A stretch of DNA of 44,608 nt, from NCBI GenBank assembly GCA_045862955.1, contig BTVI01000026.1, positions 1 to 44,608 of the forward strand, in the 5' to 3' direction. Under the pieces are notes generated by a model, which saw only the letters and a program-made list of their open reading frames with translations, did no database searches and was not told the DNA's origin. Each line of letters starts with the position of its first letter. Position 1 is the first letter of the stretch. Shown here one piece after another: positions 20,090 to 28,533 of this stretch. The translations under genes were made by a program, and so were the position numbers. Origin of the DNA: Fimbriimonadales bacterium. Its GTDB lineage: Bacteria > Armatimonadota > Fimbriimonadia > Fimbriimonadales > JABRVX01.

Positions 20090-21565
20090 TCAGTCCAGTC
20101 CACGCTGGGCACGGTCTACGGCACGGATGACGGCCTCTGCCTTGTTGCCACACTCCTCCCATTCGCGCTCTGGCACGGAGTCCGCAACGATGCCCGCACC
20201 GGCCTGCACGTGCGCCTGCCCGTCTTTCACCACCACCGATCGGATGGTAATACAGGTGTCCATGTCTCCGCCGTAGCCGAAATAGCCGACCGCACCAGCA
20301 TACGGTCCCCTCCTAGAGGTCTCCAACTCCTCGATGATCTCCATGGCGCGAATCTTGGGAGCACCAGATACCGTGCCAGCGGGAAACGCTGCACGGATCA
20401 AGTCGTAGGCGTCCAGCCCGCTGCGCAGCGTGCCGGTCACGTCCGACACGATGTGCATCACGTGCGAGTACCGCTCGATATGCATCAAGCTGTTCACTCT
20501 CACCGAACCGAACTCGCACACTCGGCCGAGGTCGTTGCGCCCGAGGTCCACTAACATGATGTGCTCGGCGCGCTCTTTCTCGTCGGCCAGCAATTCCCTC
20601 TCCAGCCGCTCGTCCTCTTCGGGCGTCTCTCCGCGCGCCCTCGTGCCGGCGATGGGACGCACAGTTGCCGTTCGGCCTTGCAAGGTGACGAGCACCTCCG
20701 GCGAGCCACCTATCACCTGTATGTCGTCGCAGTCGAGCAAGAACATGTACGGTGATGGGTTCAGAGCGCGAAGTGCGCGGTAGACGTTGATGGGAGCCGC
20801 CTGTAGCGGGCTGCTGAACCGCTGCGAGATCACCATCTGCACCCCGTCGCCCGCTTCGATGTATTGCTTGGTCCTGGCGACTGCCTCCTCATATGCGTCT
20901 CGGGAGACGGACGCTCGGAAGCGCGATGGTTGCGAAGGCGAATGGGGCAGAGCGGGCAGCGGCTCGCGCAGACGTCTGACTAGGTCGTCGATCTCTGCAC
21001 AGGCCTTGTCATAGGCGGCTCGCGGGTCTTCCCCTGCAGTCGCGTTCACGATCACCATCATGTTGCGCTTCGCGTGGTCGAACGCCACCACCGCGTCGCA
21101 CAGCATCATGCAGCAATCGTCTGCACCGAGTTCATCGGGATTGGTGTCGGGCAGTCGCTCGAAGAAGCGGACCAGATCGTAGGACAGATAGCCCACGGCT
21201 CCGCCGAGGAAGGGGGGTAGGGCAGGGTCGTGCGGCTGAACGGGCCCAACCAGCTCCTTCAGGATGTGCAAGGGGTCACGGCCCTCGGTCAGCACGACCT
21301 CGCGCGAGGTGCCTGCCTCGAGGATGCGAGCCGTTCGTCCCTTCGACCGTAGCACAGTACTCGGACCCGCTCCGAGAAAGGAAAAGCGACCGACGCGCTC
21401 ACCCCCGACCACCGACTCGAGGAGGAACGAATAGGGCCGATCGTGAGCCAGCTTCCAGTAGGCGGATACCGGCGTCTCCAGGTCGGCGAGGATCGTGCGA
21501 TGGATGGGCACCTTTCCGCCTTCAGCCGCTAGGCGCCGGAATCCGTCGAAGTCGGGCTCGAACAC
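20090..21565 (-). CDS. trpE: Anthranilate synthase component I
   Basis: DLETPVS, FLLES, GRFSF, NPSPYM, PIAGT, EHIMLVDLGRND, FPAGTVSGAPK, QAGAGIVADS motifs. Probable GTG start at 21565. Confidence 0.95.
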   Translation of the reverse strand: MFEPDFDGFRRLAAEGGKVPIHRTILADLETPVSAYWKLAHDRPYSFLLESVVGGERVGRFSFLGAGPSTVLRSKGRTARILEAGTSREVVLTEGRDPLHILKELVGPVQPHDPALPPFLGGAVGYLSYDLVRFFERLPDTNPDELGADDCCMMLCDAVVAFDHAKRNMMVIVNATAGEDPRAAYDKACAEIDDLVRRLREPLPALPHSPSQPSRFRASVSRDAYEEAVARTKQYIEAGDGVQMVISQRFSSPLQAAPINVYRALRALNPSPYMFLLDCDDIQVIGGSPEVLVTLQGRTATVRPIAGTRARGETPEEDERLERELLADEKERAEHIMLVDLGRNDLGRVCEFGSVRVNSLMHIERYSHVMHIVSDVTGTLRSGLDAYDLIRAAFPAGTVSGAPKIRAMEIIEELETSRRGPYAGAVGYFGYGGDMDTCITIRSVVVKDGQAHVQAGAGIVADSVPEREWEECGNKAEAVIRAVDRAQRGLD

Positions 21566-21723
21566 GCCGGCATTGTAGCAAGAAAATAGCCGCAGGTTGG
21601 GAAACTTGCGGCGAAGGAGTAGAGTGGTCGTGTCGTCGCCATCTCCAAAGCCGTTCGATCGGCTCCGGAAGGGTTTGCGGATCCGACCGTTTGGAGGCGG
21701 CGCTGTGTGCCACCTGGCTGTGG

Positions 21724-21740
21724 TGCAAACGGCGTGCCAA
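21724..21740 (-). promoter_or_regulatory. Putative sigma54 (-24/-12) promoter
   Basis: Minus strand TTGGCACGCCGTTTGCA matches the consensus TGGCACG-N4-TTGCW, and lies in intergenic DNA. Confidence 0.55.
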
Positions 21741-21815
21741 CCCGGATACCAAACCCTACCGATAATCGAATCATGTCGGCCAAACTCGCCCAAGACTCGC
21801 AAATACGCCGGCTGC

Positions 21816-21826
21816 TTGATATAATG
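21816..21826 (+). promoter_or_regulatory. Extended -10 promoter for the small Zn-ribbon gene
   Basis: TG-A-TATAAT consensus in an otherwise GC-rich context. Confidence 0.6.
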
Positions 21827-21922
21827 TATACACTCGTGTGGCGGGACTCCACGATCGTGAGTCCCCGTGTTATCGGACGGTACCCGTGCCTTGTCGTTTG
21901 ATCCGAGATGTGAGGCATAACG

Positions 21923-22138
21923 ATGGAAACCGTCTCTTCGAATGCGGAGCGGACCGAGCATGGGCTGAACTGCTGGAACTGCGGGCGTAAGCTCGAATTG
22001 CAGCCCATCCTGCAGACGAACGCGCGGGGAGAGCTGCGACAAACCCTCGTGTATCGCTGCCCGCAGTGCAGTCTGCTGATTCTGCATCCCCATCCGACGG
22101 CGGCCGAGGCCGCAGCGTGGATGCGAACTCACCACTAG
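21923..22138 (+). CDS. Small zinc-ribbon protein (71 aa)
   Basis: CWNC..CPQC. GAGG RBS. Upstream TATAAT and a downstream hairpin. Confidence 0.65.
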   Translation: METVSSNAERTEHGLNCWNCGRKLELQPILQTNARGELRQTLVYRCPQCSLLILHPHPTAAEAAAWMRTHH

Positions 22139-22203
22139 CCCAAGAGGGGTCGTGCAGCGGCAGAGCGCCCTGCTCGTCCTGAATCGATGTAGAAAGAGCG
22201 TTG

Positions 22204-22233
22204 GGTGGCCGCCGCCTTCGGGCGGCGGCCACC
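22204..22233. terminator. Strong hairpin, probable terminator
   Basis: GGTGGCCGCCGCC-TTCG-GGCGGCGGCCACC: 13-bp stem with a UUCG loop. Confidence 0.6.
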
Positions 22234-22493
22234 GCTCGTGCTGGTGGGTCGGTGGCGGGTCAGGGCTAGAGCATGCGGAGGTAGCTCGCATAGCGCATCT
22301 GCAAGACCGCAACTCGCACCCCGTATCTTCGTTCGGCTCCCGCGCAGGAGTGGAGCCGTACCTTACCTAGAGGAACGATAGGAGCCCCCACCTTGGCCCG
22401 GTAACCCCGACGAAGGCGGCCCTCAGCGTCGGGCAGCGGAGCAGATAGGTACCCGGCGCTCGGTACACTGGGGCGGGAGGACTGACTGCGCTC

Positions 22494-24143
22494 TTGTTCG
22501 ACAACGTTTTCCAGGAGATCGGCGCACTGCTCGCCGCTGCCGCCGCAGCGGGCGTTCTCACTACTCTCCTGCGCCAGCCAGCGATCGTTGGCTTCCTGTT
22601 CGTCGGCGTTGTCGTCGGGCCGGCGCTCTTTGGCTGGGTCTCGGCGCGCGATGAAATAGAGACGCTTTCGAAGATCGGCATCTCGGTGCTACTCTTCCTC
22701 GTCGGGCTGAAGCTCGACGTGCGAATCCTGCGCACGATTGGTCCCGTCGCCGTGGTCGCCGGTTCCGTACAGATGTTGCTCACCGCCCTGACCGCGTTCC
22801 TCGTTGCGCGCGGCTTCGGGATCGGGTTCACCGGCGCACTGTACATCAGCCTGGCAGTGATGTTCTCCAGCACCGTTGTCGTCATCAAGCTGCTGTCCGA
22901 CCGGCGTGAGGTGGGTGCGTTGCACGGCCAGATCGCCATCGGCATCCTGATCCTTCAGGACATCGTAGCGTTGGTCCTGATTAGTGCCATCGGGCTGGCA
23001 GGGCCTTCCTCCGGCGGACCCCAGGATCTCGGCTCGCGGCTGGTGGTGCTGTTTGGTCTCGCAGGTGGCGGAGCTTTGGTTCTCTGGCTGGCTTCACGCC
23101 ATCTGTTTCCCCCTCTTCTCGTCCAACTGAGCCGCTCGACGGAGGCGATGCTGCTGTTCGCCATCGCCCTGGCTGTGGGCTTGGGGGCGTTGGGAGAGTA
23201 TCTCGGCCTCAGCAAGGAGGTCGGGTCATTTCTGGCAGGTCTCTCGTTGGCTCCCACACGATTCAGGGAGGCAATCACTGCGCGCCTCGCTGGCCTGCGT
23301 GACTTCCTGCTGCTCTTCTTCTTCATCGATTTCGGTACGAACCTGGAGCTAGAAGGTTTGCGGGCGCAGCTTCCCCCTGCCATCGCTCTCTCCGTTCTAG
23401 TATTAGTCGGCAAGCCGCTCACGATCATGCTCGTGTCCGGTGCTATGTGCTATCGAAAGCGTACAGGAATGTTGGCAGGCCTCAGTCTCTCGCAGATCAG
23501 TGAGTTCTCGCTGATCCTCTGCGCTGCAGCCATGGCACAGGGACATGTCGGCCGTGAAGTGATGGGAGTTATCACCCTGGTGGCAATTTTGACCATCACT
23601 GCCTCGACCTACCTGATGCAGTACTCCGGGGCAATCTACCAGGCCTTGTCTGCGCGCCTGAAAGCACTCGAGAGGCGAGTAAGGCATCCGGAAGACATCG
23701 GTGCGGAAACCGGTGCAGACACGCGGCCCAGCGTCGTACTGTTCGGACTTGGCTCCTATGGCGGTGCAATCGGTCGGCGCCTCGCGGAGCACGGCTATCG
23801 GGTGTTAGGTGTGGACTTCGACCCTGCTGCGGTGGAAGCGTGGCTAAAGGACGGTCTACCGGCGCGCTATGGCGATGCGGACGATCCAGAGCTCCTGGCA
23901 TCGCTTCCAATCGGCTCTGCCGACTGGGTGGTATGTACGGCTCCCGGTAGAGAAACGAACACCATGCTCCTGCGCGAGCTTCGCCGTATGGGGTACAAGG
24001 GTCGGGTAGCGCTGTCTGCTCGCCTGGGAATCGACGCCGAGCCACTGAAAGCAGAGAACCCCGACCTGCTCCTCAATCCCAACGCAGACGCCGCGGTCGA
24101 GGCCGCCCACCTGATCGCGGAACGAACACCCGTGAGTGCCTGA
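22494..24143 (+). CDS. CPA2-family cation:proton antiporter (Kef-like) with C-terminal TrkA-N/RCK domain
   Basis: LLFLVGL, FSSTVVVIK, GILILQD, FFIDFG, QISEFS motifs. GLGSYG, VDFDP, YGDADDP in the RCK domain. Confidence 0.92.
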   Translation: MFDNVFQEIGALLAAAAAAGVLTTLLRQPAIVGFLFVGVVVGPALFGWVSARDEIETLSKIGISVLLFLVGLKLDVRILRTIGPVAVVAGSVQMLLTALTAFLVARGFGIGFTGALYISLAVMFSSTVVVIKLLSDRREVGALHGQIAIGILILQDIVALVLISAIGLAGPSSGGPQDLGSRLVVLFGLAGGGALVLWLASRHLFPPLLVQLSRSTEAMLLFAIALAVGLGALGEYLGLSKEVGSFLAGLSLAPTRFREAITARLAGLRDFLLLFFFIDFGTNLELEGLRAQLPPAIALSVLVLVGKPLTIMLVSGAMCYRKRTGMLAGLSLSQISEFSLILCAAAMAQGHVGREVMGVITLVAILTITASTYLMQYSGAIYQALSARLKALERRVRHPEDIGAETGADTRPSVVLFGLGSYGGAIGRRLAEHGYRVLGVDFDPAAVEAWLKDGLPARYGDADDPELLASLPIGSADWVVCTAPGRETNTMLLRELRRMGYKGRVALSARLGIDAEPLKAENPDLLLNPNADAAVEAAHLIAERTPVSA

Positions 24144-24345
24144 CGACCGGCGGCCCGAGGCACACGAAGGCATCCCGGCTCAGGGAGGAGGCTGGTTCCG
24201 TCATCGCTCTCCAACAACCTGCCACCGCAGGCGACAGAGGCATGGACACTGCGAAGATGGCAGGTGCCCCCAGCGCAAGCGGTGGAGGCGCGTCTTTCCT
24301 CGCTTGCCACACCGCTACGGGTGGCGCGAGTCCACGCTCCGCACT

Positions 24346-24772
24346 GCCCTGCTGTCATGCTGAGCCTGTCGAAGCATGCACTCGGTAGTCGCGAGCGTGG
24401 TAGAGGAAGCCGACAGCATGCGCCCGCCCGTCATGCTGAGCCTGTCGAAGCATGCACTCGGTAGTCGCGAGCGTGGTAGAGGAAGCCGACAGCATGTGCC
24501 CGCCCGTCATGCTGAGCTTGTGGAAGCATGAACTCGGTAGTCGCGAGCGTGGTAGAGGAAGCCGACAGCATGTGCCCGCCCGTCATGCTGAGCCTGTCGA
24601 AGCATGCGACCGGACATAGCAGAGGTAGCACCCCATGCTGCTAGGATGCGGAGGGCGCCTCCCTGCTGTCATGCTGAGCCTGTCGAAGCATGAACTCGGT
24701 ACTCGCGAGCGTGGTAGAGGAAGCCGACAGCATGCGCCCACCCGTCATGCTGAGCCTGTCGAAGCATGACAG
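24346..24772. repeat. Mosaic REP-like array: 6 palindromes with unit order A,A,A,B,A
   Basis: GTCATGCTGAG at 24354, 24430, 24506, 24582, 24668 and 24744 (periods 76,76,76,86,76). Same linkers as 16780-17125, in the opposite orientation. Confidence 0.92.
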
Positions 24773-24804
24773 CTCGGACCCAGTCGCGAGAGCACCCTCC
24801 GATG

Positions 24805-26124
24805 CTACAGTTTCGGCATTGCCCAGGGCCGCGTTGTCGGACGACGGAGATGCTTGGCTGCGTCCTTGTCCCCCACGATCTCCTCTTTCGCACCATCCCA
24901 CACGATCTTGCGCTTCGTCCACAGTGAGATGTTTGCGAGGTGGCACGCACTCGTTGACCGATGGCAGATCTCGACGTCGCTGCGTGGCTTGTTCCGCGAC
25001 TTCACGCAGTCGAGGAAGTCGCGCACGTGCGGCTCGTTCTGCGGTGAGCCACCGTGCTGTGCGGCTTCGATGCGCTTGCCTTCGGGAATGATCGCCCAGC
25101 CACCGCGGTCTATGAAAATGGTGCCTTCCGTCCCGTGCAGTTGCATCCCGTAGCCATGACCGTCTCGGCCGTACCCGTTCGCGTCCTGCTGCGTCCATGT
25201 CATGGTGAAGCCGGGATAGTCGAAGACGGCTACCATGGTGTCAGGGGTCTCGCGGTTGTCCCGAAGCACATACTTGCCGCCACTCGCACTGACTGCCAGC
25301 GGATAGTCCACGCCGGTGGCCCAGTGGATGATGTCAATCAGGTGGGTGCCCCAGTCGGTCATCTTGCCGCCCGAGTAGTCCCAGAACCACCGGAAGTTGT
25401 AGATGCAGCGGTTCTTGTTGTACGGATGCCGCTTGGCCGGTCCCTGCCACATCTCCCAGTCGAGGTCGGCAGGCGGGGGCTCGTCGGGCGGGTTGCCGAT
25501 GCCGTCCGGTGTCAGGTTGCCGACGATCCACACTTGCGCCGAACTCACCCGGCCTATTACTCCACGCTGCACGGCCAGCACGGCGTTCTGGAAGTGCGTG
25601 CCACTTCGCTGCTGGGTGCCTGTCTGGACTACTCTCCCGTACTTGCGGGCGGCCTTGACGAAGTCGCGGCCCTGAGCGATGTCTATGGACAGCGGCTTCT
25701 CGCAATAGACGTCTTTGCCCGCCATGCACGCCATTACGCCAATCATGCAGTGCCAGTGATCCGGGGTGGCCACGATAACTGCATCGATGTCCTTGCGATC
25801 CAAGACCTGTCGGAAGTCGCCGTAGGTGGGTACGTCCGGGCCCGCCATCTTAACGGCCTCTGCCAGGTTGGGCTTATACACGTCGCACAACGCACCGATC
25901 TGCACGTCGGAGTTCTGCATGAAGAAGCGCATGTCTGCCCGACCCATGCCGCCAGTGCCGATTACGCCCACCACTACCTTGTCGTTAGGGCCTACGCGTT
26001 TGGTCATCACGGAGGCCTCTGCCTCGGTAGCACCCAATCTCAGGCCGGCCAAGCCCACGCCGGCCGCCAGCGCCGCTCGCGTGCTCTTCTCCAGAAACTC
26101 TCGTCGGTTCAGTTCATCGCTCAT
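24805..26124 (-). CDS. Tat-exported Gfo/Idh/MocA oxidoreductase
   Basis: NRREFLE twin-arginine signal. GVIGTGGMG, ATPDHWH, CEKP, GTQQRS, DWGTH motifs. ATG overlaps the upstream stop. Confidence 0.92.
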   Translation of the reverse strand: MSDELNRREFLEKSTRAALAAGVGLAGLRLGATEAEASVMTKRVGPNDKVVVGVIGTGGMGRADMRFFMQNSDVQIGALCDVYKPNLAEAVKMAGPDVPTYGDFRQVLDRKDIDAVIVATPDHWHCMIGVMACMAGKDVYCEKPLSIDIAQGRDFVKAARKYGRVVQTGTQQRSGTHFQNAVLAVQRGVIGRVSSAQVWIVGNLTPDGIGNPPDEPPPADLDWEMWQGPAKRHPYNKNRCIYNFRWFWDYSGGKMTDWGTHLIDIIHWATGVDYPLAVSASGGKYVLRDNRETPDTMVAVFDYPGFTMTWTQQDANGYGRDGHGYGMQLHGTEGTIFIDRGGWAIIPEGKRIEAAQHGGSPQNEPHVRDFLDCVKSRNKPRSDVEICHRSTSACHLANISLWTKRKIVWDGAKEEIVGDKDAAKHLRRPTTRPWAMPKL

Positions 26125-27431
26125 CGGGGTGACATCCTTTCCTGGGGGGTTGCCGCGGCTACCTGTTGCCTGCCGGGTACGTGGGCCTGCGTGTCGTACT
26201 GGAAGTCCGCGGGGCTGAAGTCGAATCGCTGCCGCCTCTCCATCGCCGTGTTGGCGCCAAGGATGGCAACGCAGGTGCGCAGCCCTTCGACGTGGTCGCA
26301 CAGGGGACGTTCGTTTCGCAGCACGGTCTTCAAGAAGAAGTCGTTCAGCTCAGACTGATAGTCGTCTACATCAGATTTCTGTAGGTTGGTTTCACCGTGT
26401 TTCTCGCCCTCCACCCGCTTCTTGGTGGCCGAAGCATCCAGCACGATGGCCTCTTTGCCTCCCACCTGTTCCTTCTGGGCCAGTGCTGACCACGCGGGAG
26501 CTTCCGCCGCAGGTTCCTTGAACAGCAAGCCCTTATCGACGGTGATCTCCAAGGTGCCCTTGTCGCCCATGAAATGCTCGCCGTATCCGTCGAACTGATT
26601 CGTGGTGATGCTGGTATACACTACCTTCAGACCGTTGGGGTATTCGTACACCACGGAGACATTGTCGAACACCTCTCGGCCGTCCTTCCAATAGTCTATG
26701 CCGCCGAAACCTGTCACTGCGATGGGGTTGCTATCGGTGAACCAGTTGACCAGATGAATCTGGTGCGATCCCAGTTCCGCCATCAACCCGCCAGAATACT
26801 CCTTGTATAGACGCCAGTTGAGCAGTCGTTCGTACTCGGGTGGCACATTGCGTCGCCAGCTGCCGTTGCGGTGCCACCTCGCACGGACTTGCGTGAGGGT
26901 TCCCACCAGCTTCTTCTTTGCCACCATGTCGTAGGCGTGCTGATACAGTGCGCTGGCACGACGCTGGTGGCCTATCTGAAGCCACTTGCGCGTTCGGTCC
27001 ACGGTGCGGGCCATGGCCTTCGCCTGCTCGGGCCAACGAGCCATCGTCTTCTCGCAAAAGACGTGCTTGCCTGCTTCCAACGCCGCGATGGTCATGGGAG
27101 CGTGAAGGTACAGAGGTGTGGCGATGAGCACTGCCTGAATCGACTTATCTTCCAGGAGCTCGCGGTAGTCCTTGTATCCTTTGGCTGTGCCTCCGCACAT
27201 TTGGAGCGCCTTGTTCAAGTGCGGCTCGTAGATATCGCAGATGCCAGCGAACCTCACTCCCGGCACCCGCAGACACTTTCCGAGCAGCATCTGGCCTTGA
27301 GCTCCCGTACCGATAAACCCCGCGACAATGGGTTCTGGGTCTTTCTGAAGCCTCAGATGAGCGAAGCTCATGGAGCCGAGTGCCGCGGCGGAGGCCGCGA
27401 GGAACTCGCGTCGAGTGAATGAGCTGTTCAT
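26121..27431 (-). CDS. Tat-exported Gfo/Idh/MocA oxidoreductase
   Basis: TRREFLAA signal. GFIGTGAQG, ATPLYLH, CEKTM, GHQRR, ELGSHQ motifs. ATG at 27431. Confidence 0.92.
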   Translation of the reverse strand: MNSSFTRREFLAASAAALGSMSFAHLRLQKDPEPIVAGFIGTGAQGQMLLGKCLRVPGVRFAGICDIYEPHLNKALQMCGGTAKGYKDYRELLEDKSIQAVLIATPLYLHAPMTIAALEAGKHVFCEKTMARWPEQAKAMARTVDRTRKWLQIGHQRRASALYQHAYDMVAKKKLVGTLTQVRARWHRNGSWRRNVPPEYERLLNWRLYKEYSGGLMAELGSHQIHLVNWFTDSNPIAVTGFGGIDYWKDGREVFDNVSVVYEYPNGLKVVYTSITTNQFDGYGEHFMGDKGTLEITVDKGLLFKEPAAEAPAWSALAQKEQVGGKEAIVLDASATKKRVEGEKHGETNLQKSDVDDYQSELNDFFLKTVLRNERPLCDHVEGLRTCVAILGANTAMERRQRFDFSPADFQYDTQAHVPGRQQVAAATPQERMSPR

Positions 27432-27499
27432 AGGATCACATCCAATCCGGTTCGGCTGCACTGCGCTGCGAGCGCCTATCTGCACGGGGGCGAGGCAGC

Positions 27500-28468
27500 C
27501 TAAGTCGGGAACTCGTTCTCCGTCCGAACCAAGCTTCCCTGTCTGTCCGTGCAAAGTTGTACCAGGAGAGTGCGCTTGGGTTCCCGCCAAGCTAAGAAAA
27601 CCGTCACGTCTGTCGCTTGTTGCAGGTACCGAGTCAGCCAGTCGGGCACAGCGGTTGGGTCGGAAGACACCGCGACCGCCGTCGAGAGAGCCTCGGCTTC
27701 GAGTGCGGTTGGAGCGATCACGGTCGCCGTGACCGGCGAGGTGCTCGGCTCTCCGGTCCTCGGATCGATCAAGTGGGACCGCCTCACGCCGCCCACCACG
27801 ACCCCCTGCTGCGAGGGCCCACTGGTGGAAAGCCCCTGGTCCCGTAGCGGAAAGCGAGTGAGCTCTCGCCGCTCGTCCTCGGGGTCGTTGAGCCGCACGG
27901 ACCAGCCCTCGGCCCGACCGTAACCGAGTGCACTGCTGTCCCCCGCCGAGAGGAACGCAGATGGTATGAGGCGCGAGCGCAGGAGCTCTGCCATGCGGTC
28001 CAGCGCGTAGCCCTTCCCGAGCGCAGCGAAGTTGATCTCGACTCCCGGCCGCTCGAAGCTCACTAACCGCTGCTCGGGGTCCATCCTGACGTGCTGGAAC
28101 CCGCTGAGGGCACGAGCCGCCTCGATGGCCCCGGGTGGTGGCTCGCCGAGGTCCCCGGTGAAGAAACCCCACGCCCTCGAAAGCGGTCCCATGGCGATGT
28201 CGAGGGCTCCGTCAGTGAGTGCCCACATGTCGCGCGCATACAGGAGTAGGTCGAGAAACTCCGGGCTCACCAGCACGGGGCCGTAGCCGGCTCGGGCATT
28301 GAGGTCGCTTACTTCGCTCTTCGGCTTGTAGTGGCTGAGCATCGCATCCAGCCGGTCGAGTACTTCCCACGCTTCGACTGACGCGTCAATCAGTGCCTGC
28401 TCTTCCGCACCATCGAGCACTAGGTGGAAGTCGCAGCCCATTCGATTGCGACGAAAAGAGAGTGCCAC
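27500..28468 (-). CDS. apbE: FAD:protein FMN transferase ApbE
   Basis: MGC, SEVSDLN, TDGALDI, ALGKGYALD, STSG, HLIDPRTG, AEALSTA motifs. Probable GTG start at 28468; no signal peptide. Confidence 0.9.
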   Translation of the reverse strand: MALSFRRNRMGCDFHLVLDGAEEQALIDASVEAWEVLDRLDAMLSHYKPKSEVSDLNARAGYGPVLVSPEFLDLLLYARDMWALTDGALDIAMGPLSRAWGFFTGDLGEPPPGAIEAARALSGFQHVRMDPEQRLVSFERPGVEINFAALGKGYALDRMAELLRSRLIPSAFLSAGDSSALGYGRAEGWSVRLNDPEDERRELTRFPLRDQGLSTSGPSQQGVVVGGVRRSHLIDPRTGEPSTSPVTATVIAPTALEAEALSTAVAVSSDPTAVPDWLTRYLQQATDVTVFLAWREPKRTLLVQLCTDRQGSLVRTENEFPT

Positions 28469-28533
28469 GTGGCTATCATGGCACGGCAGGGACCATAGGC
28501 AGGAGCTGCCTCGCGCGCGCAAAAACCAAGGGC

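Noticed and set aside
21529..21645. trp leader peptide upstream of trpE
   Set aside because: The short ORF (MATTRPLYSF...) has no Trp codons, and trpE appears to have its own adjacent -10 box.
21655..21690. SRP RNA suggested by TCCGGAAGG
   Set aside because: The conserved flanks CAGG and AAGCAG of SRP helix 8 are absent.
22290..22490. Riboswitch (e.g. c-di-AMP) ahead of the Kef-like antiporter
   Set aside because: Only two generic GC hairpins are seen, with no recognisable consensus. An Rfam scan would be needed.
16780..24772. CRISPR interpretation of the regularly spaced ~27-bp palindromes
   Set aside because: The spacers are near-identical copies of only two linkers, one repeat is inverted, and no cas genes or leader are present.
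25054..26358. 434-aa plus-strand ORF and other long antisense ORFs (29700-30926, 14436-15362)
   Set aside because: Shadow frames of real genes in GC-rich DNA, with no recognisable motifs.
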